The translations under genes were made by a program, and so were the position numbers. Below the pieces are notes generated by a model, which was given only the letters and a program-made list of their open reading frames with translations, ran no database searches and was not told the DNA's origin. 64,000 nt of DNA, from positions 942 to 64,941 of the IMG/VR virus record IMGVR_UViG_3300027707_000015; one strand, written 5' to 3'. The DNA is from a virus (taxonomy: Duplodnaviria > Caudoviricetes). Positions 24,476-36,400 of this stretch are shown piece by piece (position 1 is the stretch's first letter; every line of letters begins with the position of its first letter).

Positions 24476-27400
24476 ATGGCCGATAAATTTCCTAACAGTC
24501 AACTACCTATACGCAGATCAGTAGAACTGCTACCAGTAATTTTCCAAACTCCTGCCAATGATAAATTTTTATCTGCGGTAGTTGATCCCTTAATACAGCC
24601 GGGTGTGCTAGACAAAGTTGTGGGGTACATCGGTCGTAGATATGACAAAACCTATAACGGTAAAGATGTATATGTTGATACAGATGGCACCTTGCGTAGC
24701 AGCTATCAACTTGAGTCTGGAGTGATATTTAAAAATCACGATAAAATAGAAAATTTCTACGACTATATTGATGTTAAAAATCAATTGAAATTTTTTGGAA
24801 ACGCCATTGAAAGAGACGACAAAGTAACCAGTCAAACACACTACACTTGGGATCCCCCCATCGACTGGGACAAGTTTATCAATTATCGAGAATATTACTG
24901 GGAGCCACTGGGTCCACGCAGTATTAATATAACAGGGCAGAGTGCAGCCATCAACAGCACCTATAAGGTGGTATTAGGTACGACTAAGAATTCATTTGTA
25001 TTCACCCCTGATGCATACACTAATAATCCCACGCTGACTCTTTATCGAGGACAGACCTACAAGTTCAAAGTCAATGCTCCTGCCGAAGGCTTTGCAATAC
25101 GCACTAATTTTGACACGGGTAGTTTATTGTTTCAACCTAGCAGAAGCTATGCACAGGGTAGTCTTGTGGTTTATGATTCAAAACTATGGCGAGCTATTAG
25201 AGATATAACTAGTTTTGATACTAGCTCAATTACTATAGACAGTGAGGATTGGCAATATATAGAACCCGCCGGTGCAGGCTCTGCATTGGACTACGACAAC
25301 GGAATCACCAACAACGGCGTTGAAAATGGTACCTTGACATTTGTGGTACCATACGATGCTCCTGACACATTGTATTATCAAAGTAAAATAACTCCGGATG
25401 CATTTGGCAGATTTATTATTGCAGACATAGAGGAAAATACATTTGTTAATGTAGACATAGAGATCATCGGCAAAACCACATATACCAGCGGCAACGGTAT
25501 AGAATTCAGCAACGGTATGGTTGTTGAATTCTCAGGTAACATATTACCTACTATCTATGCAACAGATACATGGTTAGTAGAAGGAGTAGGCGCAGCTATA
25601 ACCTTGACTAGATTTAGTGATCTTGTGGTGCCAGTACTTAGCACAGAAGTTCCTGAGGTGTTGTTTGATAACGAAGGCTTTGATACGCAGCCTTTTGACG
25701 ATGCCACGGAGTATGCTGCATTTAAAGACTATGTTACTATTGCTAGAGATAGTGTTGATAACAATCCCTGGAGTAGATACAATCGTTGGTTCCACAGATC
25801 TGTCTTAGAAAAAGCATATCAATTAAGAGGTCAGGATTTTCCAGCCAACGAAGCTGCTAGAGCCAAACGACCAATTATAGAATTTCGTGCAGGCCTACAA
25901 TTATTCAATCACGGGTCTACAGCCAAACAGACTGTGGATTACATAGACACTGCAACCACTGATGTGTTTTCTATTATCGAAGGCGCCAAGGGATATAACA
26001 TAGACGGTGAATTTATATTCGAAGGTGCAAGAATACTAGTAGTAGCAGACACCGACAACCTAGTCAATAATAAAATTTACACAGTGGAATTTATCACCCA
26101 TAACGGCGTTGTTCAAATACACCTTAATGAAAGTGATGATACTGAATCGATACTAGGGCAATGTGTTACTGTAAGACGCGGCGCAGTAAACAAAGGGCTA
26201 ATGTTCCATTACAACGGAACTAATTGGGTATCTAGCCAACCCAAGACTACAGTTAATCAAGCTCCTATGTTTGATGTCTATGATTCCAATGAAATCAGTT
26301 TCGGTGACAACACCACATATGCAGATACAGAATTCACTGGGTCGAGTATATTAAGCTATAAGCCAGGTACTGCTAGAATCGATAAAGAACTAGGATTCAA
26401 GATCAGTTATCTCAACATAGATAATATCGGAGACATAGAATTTAATTGGAATTGGGACACTGAAATATTTCGCTATACCATTGACCGATCTCCTGTGCAG
26501 AAAAAAATATCTACAGGTTTTTATAGATTTGGATCTAATAGATATGCCAATGGATGGCAACAACTAGATTCTAAATATCTACAACCTATAATAGATAATC
26601 AAATAGTAGAAACAGCCACGAACACTTTGGTGTTTTTCACAGTACAATGGGAAAGCCTAACTGTTGACCCCGAAATAAATTTCTATGTTAACGGCGTAAA
26701 ATATACCGGTACATGGACTAGAAATCGTGGCACCTTTGTGTTTAATAAAACATTTGCAGTGAAAGATGTTGTAGTAATAAAACTTATCACAGATATTGAA
26801 CCTGACCAAGGTTTCTATGAAATACCAGTCGGCCTAGAAAAAAATCCTTTTAACACACCTATTGCCTCGTTTACTCTTGGTCAGGCTGTTGATCATATTG
26901 CCAGCGCAGTAGAATGGGACACAGAATTTACAGGAACATTGCCAGGAGTTAGTAATCTAAGAGATCTTGAAGATTACAGACTGTTTGCCAAAAGATTTTT
27001 AAAACATAGTGGTAACACACCATTGGCTGTGATGACCTTGTGTGACAAATCTCATAATATTATAAAATCTATTCAATATGCTAAAAAAGAATATACAGAT
27101 TTTAAAAACAATTTCCTACAACGGGCAGTTGAAATTGACTTTAATGATGACGTAGTTAATTTTGTTGATGATATCATTAATAGTCTTACCGCAGTAAAAA
27201 CATCAAAAAATGCATTTGCTGATTCAGACATGATAGGAGCCGGTGCTTATACTGCATTAGCAACAATAGTTGAAGATCCGGGAATCACAGTGTTTTCTCT
27301 AACACAACCATTTGATTTAAAAACACCTAGTACTCAGGCTGTTTATGTTTATAAAAACGGTGTGCAATTGATAAACGCTCAAGACTATGAATTTGATTCT

Positions 27401-30400
27401 ACATTTAGTTTTGTGAAAATCTTAAAGTCAATATCGGTAGGCGATGCTATTGAGATAAGAGAATATCTCAGCACAGCAACCAATCATATTCCTCCAACCC
27501 CTACAACCATGGGATTGTACAAAAAATATACTCCGATGAAATTTCTTGATGACACCTATCAAGAACCTAGATATGTGATACAAGGACACGATGGTAGTAT
27601 CACATCAGCCTATAATGATTTTAGAGATGATCTGTTGATGGAACTTGAATTACGCATCTATAATAATATCAAGCAGGAATACGATCCTGCAGTTTTTGAC
27701 ATAGATCAAATATTGGCCGGATACTACGGTGTAGGCGAATATTCTAAGCCTCAGTTAGATGGTATTGTAGTGCAGGATTTTCTCAAGTGGATTCAAAATA
27801 CCAACATCAACTATACCTTGAATGAATACTTTGACAGTGAGAATTCATTCACTTACACCTATTCAAATATGTCAGACCCTACCAAGACCAAAAACATCCC
27901 TGGCTGGTGGCGCGGGGTATATCAACATTTCTATGACACCGATCGCCCGCATCGCTGTCCTTGGGAGATGTTGGGATTTAGCCAGCAACCATCTTGGTGG
28001 CAAGAAGAATACGGTGCTGCACCTTATACCAGCAATAACTTAATTCTTTGGGAAGACCTCGAAGCCGGTGTTATTCGACAAGGTGTTCGAGCTGGAAGAC
28101 ACGATAGATACAAACGTCCGGGGCTTATTCGACATGTACCGGTAGATGGAGACGGCAAACTGTTAAGCCCGTTAGACTCTAATCTAGCACAGGATTTTTC
28201 GTTGATCAACAATCGTGGTCCTTTTGTACTAGGGGACGTGAGTCCGGCGGAGTACGCCTGGAGATCTAGTTCTGAATGGCCTTTCGCAATAGTCACCGCT
28301 ATGTGCTTGATGAAACCATTCGAATATATACCTGACAATTTTGATAGATCAAGAATCATAAAAAACAAGTTAGATCAATATGTAAATTTCACCACAAATT
28401 TATTTGTGACCATTGCAGACATTGCACCTTACGTGACAAATTCTACAGCGTTAGGATTGGTAAAGTATCTAACCAGCTATACAAAATCTCAAGGATTGTC
28501 TTCGGACGGTCTACAGACTAAAATAGAAAAATTAGATGTAGCTCTTAGTTTTAGGATGAGTGGGTTCGTTGATCAACAACAGCAGAAATATCTATTAGAT
28601 TCTAAAAATCCCTCAGCTACTACATCTGGAATTTTTATCCCTGCAGAAAATTACGACATTATATTCAATGTCAGCAGCCCGGTAACCACAGTAAGCTACA
28701 GTGGTGTGAGACTGGAAAAGACTGCAGGCGGATGGATAGTAGCAGGCTACGATGACATTCATCCTTACTTCAATTATCATTTAGCTCAGGCCAGCAGCAA
28801 AGATCCCGTAATCTCCGTAGGTGGTGTTAGTGAATCATTCACAGACTGGATAGAAGACAAAAACTACAACAACGGCACACTAGTAAGATATCAAAGTAAT
28901 TTTTATCGAGCAGTAAAAACACATCGAAGCGGCGGAGATTTTGATCGTAGTCAATGGAAAAAACTGGGTGATGTGCCGAAAGTAGGCGCAATAGAAGCTC
29001 AACGTAGACGTGTGTTTAACACATTGTCGGTGAGACAGATTAGCTATGGAACACTGTTGACCTCTATACAGGAAGTAGTGGATCTGTTATTGGGGTATGA
29101 AAGTTATTTGAAAACACAGGGCATCATCTTTGATAATTATGACCCTCAAAATGCCACCAGCCAAGATTGGCTCAGTGCTGCCAAAGAGTTCATGTTCTGG
29201 ACCAAACACAATTGGGAACCAGGAGCTATTATTGCCCTAAGCCCATCTGCACAAAAATTAGAGATTTCAGTGCCGATAGGAACACCAGACAATTTATTAG
29301 ACGGATTCTATGACTACCAGATCCTCAAGGGAGACGGAACGCCGTTGGCTCCGAGATTTATAAATGTTAACAGAAGTTTTCAAAATCTCAAGATAGAAAC
29401 CACAAACACTACCGACGGTATCTACTATGCAAGACTGCATTATGTAATAAAAGAACACGTCACTGTATTTGATGATCGCACAGTATTCAATGATATTATC
29501 TATGACAAGCCTACTGGATATCGTCAGGGCCGTATTAAAATGCAGGCCTTCCGTACAGTGGACTGGGACGGCGACTACACCAGTCCCGGATTTATATTTG
29601 ATAATGTGGATATACAGATCTGGAAACCTTTCAACGATTATAGACTAGGAGATATCGTATCTTACAAATCGTATGATTGGACTAGCCTTGTAAATCAACT
29701 AGGCACAGAAGAATTCAATGATGCCAACTGGACAAAACTAGATTCAAAACCAGTCAAACAGCTAGTGTCAAATTTTGATTATAAGATAAAAGAATTCAGC
29801 GATTATTTTGAAACTTCCTCTCAGGGACTAGATCAAAGTCAACGAGAATTAGCTAGACACGCCATTGGTTATCAACAACGAGACTATCTACAAAATCTTG
29901 CAGATGATTCTGTGAGCCAATATCAATTGTACCAAGGATTTATTAGAGAGAAAGGCACTGCCAACAGCATAAACAAAATTTTTAACAAGCTCAGCAGATC
30001 GGGTTCAGACAGTGTTATACTCAATGAAGAATGGGCCTTTAGACTAGGTCAGGTTGGCGGTGTTGATCAATTTTCAGAAATTGAAATTCAACTAGAAAAG
30101 AATAGATTTAAATTGAATCCACAGCCGCATTTGGTTACCAGCAGCGAATCGCATAATGCATTGGATCAATATTACAGGTTTACTGCCAGTGATTTTACAA
30201 TTTCTGCAATTCCTTACACTACGGATATTTTACCTACTACAGTAGATCTAGAACCAGAATTAACTGCTGGCTACGTTAGTTCGGGGCAGTATCAACATGT
30301 GATCGGCACAATAGATCAATTAACCACATTGGATATAACCACAGTTGACGAAAATGATCACATCTGGGTAACATTCGATCAAGACTCATGGCAGATACTT

Positions 30401-33400
30401 CGAGTTAACGAATCTCCACTGCTATATGTCACCGAAGCACTGCGTATAGACGACACGGTTGTTACTCTGACACTGAATAGACCGCATTCGATAGTAGTTG
30501 ATAGTTATGTAGGGTTCCGTGAGATTGTCAACCTTAGTGGATTTTTTAAAGTCAGCGCAGTAACTAATACCACTATAACAGTTGTGGTCAACGCAGACAT
30601 CAGTGATCCCGAGCTAGATTCCAGCACAACAGTTAATATTCAATTATTGACTACTGCAAGATTTGCCGACTATGCAGCTGTCGATCAACAGCCAGTAGCA
30701 TTGTTGAAAAACAAATCATTGGTATTTGTAGACAACAACGGCAGCGATCAATGGGAAGTAGTACAGAAAAATAAATTATATACTGCGAAACCTATAGTAG
30801 ATTTTGGTACCTCAGCACCACTGCTCACTGGTGCTAAGGTTATTTACGACAATGTCAACAAACACGTGATCAGCAGCATGCCTGGCGCAGGATTTGTAAA
30901 TGTGTATGTGGAAACAGATACAGGACTTTCGTTAAAACAGATCATAGCACCACCTATTGGATTCTATGACATTGCTCTAGGATCGTTCGGCGAAAAAATG
31001 GCAGTAAGTCCAGACGGCAAATATCTAGTAATCGGTGCGCCTACCGCCAGCGGCGTAGTGAACAGATACATGGGCGAGTGGCAAACCGAAGTGGCCTATG
31101 AACAAAATGATATCGTGCTGTATGGTGGTAGACTTTATAGAGCATTAAATGCCAATGGAAATTTTGTTGGTCTAGGTGATGGTAGTACACAGGTAGCTAT
31201 AAATTCAGATGATTGGGTACAACATACCACAGTTATCCCTGCTGAAACATCAGCACGTAATCCCGGCTATTATCAACAAGGTATGGTTGCTGTATATGAA
31301 TTTATCAGCGGCAGATATATCAACACCACAGCGTTTGTGAGTCCTCGACCCACAGACAACGAAAAATTTGGATCAGAAATCACGGTTGGAGTAAACGGAA
31401 CCGAATATTATCTAGCAGTATCTGCCATAGGCTCTTACAACAACACAGGCAGAGTATATCTTATCAAGTACACCGGAGCTGAATGGACACACATGGAAAA
31501 CCCTTTGTACAAGGGTATCTACAATCTGTTTGATTCATACAAGCAAGGTGAAATAGTATGGCAAGCTGCTCAAGATCCTGTGGGCGAAGCTGTTCGTGGC
31601 AACCTCTGGCAGAGTCTAGATGGTTCAACATCAGACGGCAGCACTATAACTCTAGATTCTCAGAATTGGCTAAAAGTCAGTGAGATTTCTACACACTGTT
31701 CGTTGCCCACAAATATCTCTGTAGAAGATGATGGTTCTACCTTAGAATTTACTACCACAGGACTGTTAACAGACACACAAAAAGCAGAATTAGTCAAGCA
31801 GGGAGATCAATTTGGTTTTTCTATGACTATGAGCAGTGATGGCAGCATATTGGTCATAGGAGCACCCGACAGTGACGGTGCCTACTTTGCTAATTATAGA
31901 GGACTGTGGCGTGCCGATGTAGAATATGTTGAAGGCGAAACAGTTAGATATCGAGGATCACCTAGCGAGTCATATCAGTACTATCAGTTAGGTGATTTAT
32001 TCTTAGGCCCAGATAGTACATATCGAAGCTACAACGAGGATCCCTCAGACAGTGCAAGTTGGCAACAAGTTGGAGATAGTACCTCCACTTCCAGCGGTAA
32101 GATTTTTGTTTACAAGAAAACTCAATATGATTCTTATGAACTAACCCAGATGATCAACGCCGGCTCGTTGTCATCGTTTACCGATATTGATTCTGGGTTA
32201 GTTATTAGCACAGGAGATCAATTTGGTTTTAGTATGGACATGGATTCCAACGGAACAACCTTAGCTGTTTCTTGCCCTAGATCAGATGTAAACTATCAAG
32301 ATCAAGGTGCTGTATTTGTGTTGGAACTAGATCAACCAGTTACTGAATATCGTGTGAAACAACGTTTACAGAGCTATGAAATATATGCCAACGAATATTT
32401 TGGCTTTGCTGTATCAGTGAGTCCTGATAGTGCGAAAATAGCTGTAGGTGCTAGAAATACCAAAACGCCATTTCCTATCAACTTTGATCTACTAGAAGGT
32501 ACTACATTCGACAATAGCAGAACACGCTTTTATGTAGAACAAGGATTTACTGGTGGAGTCTATGTGTTTGATAAAAAGGATCAAATATTTTTCCTCACAG
32601 AAAAACTTGACAGCGATTTACAAACAGATGAATCATTTGGTCACAGTGTAGATTGCGTGGGCACAAAGTTGCTGGTCGGGTCTCCTTACTATAGAAATTC
32701 AGTGACTAATACCTATCAAGGAATTTCTCGACTGTTTACTTCCAACACCACCGGCGCAAGTTGGACCACGTTGACCAACCAACAGCCATTGGTTGATCTA
32801 AGAAAAATAAAGAAAATTGAACTCTATGACAATGTCAAAAATGTAAAAATACAAGATGTAGATTACATTGATGCTGCTAGAGGAAAAATTTTAAACATAG
32901 CCGAACAGGAAATAAAATATAAAACTCCCTATGACCCTGCAGTATACACTGTGGGTACAACATCAGTGGTAGTAGATACTACTATTAACTGGTTGGAAAA
33001 AAATGTAGGCAAATTATGGTGGAATATCAGCACCGCTAAGTTTCAATATGCAGAACAAAAAGATTCTGCCTATAGAATAGGAAATTGGAATCAAACCGTT
33101 CAAGGCGCCAGCATTGATGTTTATGAATGGGTAGAAACAGTGCTATTACCTAATGAATGGGCAGCTTTGGCAGACACCAATGCAGGTCTAACTCAAGGCA
33201 TCAGCGGACAGCCTTTGTATCCTAACAATGATGTTTACAGTGTGAAATTTTTCTTTAGTTCTACTACTGGTCAAGTTTCAGAAACATTGTACTATTACTG
33301 GGTTAGAAGCAAGGCTGTGACTCCGGCTAACATGGTGGGTCGCAAACGATCAGCAGCCGAAGTGGCAAATTTAATTTCTAACCCCGCAGGTACTGGCATT

Positions 33401-36400
33401 GCATTTGTGGCATTTTTGCAATCAGACAAATTTTTAAGTTATAATTTTAAATCAATTATGCAGTCTGACACTGCACTGATAAATCTACAAATTAGAAAAA
33501 ATTTAGAATCACAGATTCCTGTACACAACGAATATCAATTGCTCACAGAAGGTGTGGCTGATAGTTTGCCTTCTGCTAAACTAGAAAACAAATGGATCGA
33601 CAGTCTCGTAGGTTCGGATATCGCCGGCAACAAAATTCCGGATATATCATTGTCAGCCAAACAAAAATACGGAATTGAATATCGACCCCGGCAAACCATG
33701 TTTGTTGATAGAATTTTAGCACTGAAAATTGTTATAGAATACATCAACAATATTTTACAAAAAGAAACGTTTGCAGAGACCATAGATTTTACCAATCTCA
33801 GCAGTGTGGATACTGTGCCTAGTTCTGCATTAAATCTTTATGATGTGGCAATAGACACCGATGTTGACCTTCAGACAGTGGGGACCACTAATACTCGTCG
33901 TGCTGTTCTACGAGGCAATCTAATCAATGGCGAATTAGATACCATAGATATTGTGGATCCTGGCTACGGATACAAACCCAAAGAATTATTTGATCAAGAA
34001 CAGAGTGGAATTTATATTGGCCCGCCGATCGCTATATCCGGAGACGGAATTAACGCTACCGCAGTGTGTCATATAGACGGCCAAGGTCGTGTAATTATTG
34101 TGGTAGTAACTAATCGAGGTAAAAAATATAGTAGCATAACTGTTCAGGTAAGATATTTTTCTGTGTTAGTTAACAATGATGCTACCCTAAACGATTTTTG
34201 GAGCATATATTCTTGGGATGATTTACGAAAAGTATATTTCCGTAGCAAATCTCAATCCTTTGATACGACCAAATATTGGAGCAAAATAGATTGGGTCCGC
34301 ACAGGATATAACAGCAGTCTTCGAATAATTAAAGAATTAAACAGTATCTACGACGTAGTTGATGCTCAAATTGCCATCGGTGACATCATAAAAGTCAAAG
34401 AATATGCTGCCGGTGGTTGGGCCATATTCGAAAAAATCTCAGACACTGCTGAGTTGTTCCTAGACAGGTATCTATTAGTCAGCAGACAACTTGGCACCAT
34501 CGAAATAAATTCATCATTATATAATACAGGTATAATTGGGGTTGGATTTGACAACACACAAGCATTCGACACCACAACATATGACATTGAAAATTCTAGA
34601 GAATTAAGAAATATTTTCACAGCGATCAAACAACAAGTGTTTGTTGGTGACTATGCAGTGGAATGGAACAAGTTATTTTTTGCTTCAATACGACATGTGT
34701 TCAGCGAACAGCAATATGTAGATTGGGTGTTCAAAACCAGTTTCCTAAATGCCACACATAACATTGGGGCATTCGAACAGAAAGTTAATTATAAAAACGA
34801 CAATTTACAGAGTTATCAAGAATACATCAACGAAGTTAAACCATTTAGAACCACGGTTAGAGAATATGTAAGTCGTTATGATACCCCAGAAACATATTCA
34901 TCGGCAATAGCTGATTTTGATTTGCCACCGTCATATTCAATCTTTGATGGCCGAGCCAATCCTGTTAATGCGTTATCTGCAGAAATATCGCAGTATCCAT
35001 GGAAATGGTGGGCAGATAACAACGCCTACACGGTAACTGCTATAGAAGTGTATCAACAGGGCTCAGACTATATCACTCCTCCCAAGGTATTGATCAGCGG
35101 AACAGGTACCGGTGCCACTGCTAAAGCATTTATTTCCAACGGCAAAGTTTCAAGCATACAGGTACTAACTGCAGGCTCAGGGTACACCGCGGCACCAACG
35201 ATTACATTGGTGGGCGGAAACTCTCCTACCTCTATCCAGGCTAAAGCAGTATCGGTTATAGGTGATGCTCAAGTTCGAACATTTGATGTCTCAGTAAAAT
35301 TTGATAGAATTTCTACAAGCGGAATTTACAACACATTTTCACAGACGCAGACATTTACAGCCACAGGCAGTAGTGCTGTGTTCTTGCTGAATTACTCACC
35401 AACTAACGACAAAGCTAAAATTAGAGTAACACAAAAATCATTTGTAACTAAAAAAACACAAGTGGTGTTAGCCAGCGAATACTCAATCAATCTATATTAT
35501 CAAGCCACTGATAGTTATTCTTTATTGCGTGGAAAACTGGTGTTTAACACAGCGCCGTCTAAAGATGATGAAATAATAGTGACCTATGACAAGAACATTT
35601 TGTTATTCGATGCTGTGAATAGAATCAACCAATCCTACACACCCAAAGCAGGCATGATAGGAAAAGAACTAAATCAGTTGATGACAGGTATTGACTTTGG
35701 TGGAGTTAGAATCCAAGGAACCACATTCGATGTTACTGGTGGTTGGGATGCTCTACCTTGGTTCACAGACAATTGGGATTCAGTGGAGTCTAGTTCGGAT
35801 TATTATCATGTTGCCGATGGCAGTACTGGCACAGTAACACTACCATATATACCAGCTGCTGGCCAACAAATCAATATCTATGTCAAACGAAAGAATACTA
35901 ACATCACTGTACGTGTTGATGATGAAAATTATTCACCGGTGCAGGATTCTAGCACAGGCACAAATCCAACAGCAGAAATGCCAACATTTGTCGGTGATGG
36001 CGTGAATGCAGTAGTGACCATTGGTGGTTATCTAAGTACCATAGACGGTGATATTCTTATATTCCGTCCTATAGAAAGCGATGGATCTGTTGTTATAACA
36101 GATGACAATATTCTAGATACCAAACTCAGTGGAGGATCGCTGTCGTCGATCAGCGGCGCCTACGCCACAGCTAATGGTACCACAGCAGAAGAAATAACTA
36201 TCACTGGTGGTAAATTCATAGATCCTACAGTAGTGCCAGCACCTGAAGAAAATGTTCCGGGGCAGGTGATAGAAAGTGTTTCAATCAAGGTATACAACAA
36301 TGCAATCTCTGGTGCTGCAACACTACAATCCAATGTAAAAACGGCTAACGGTACAGATACAGAATTTGCCATAGGACAAACAGTATTAGAAACGCAGTCA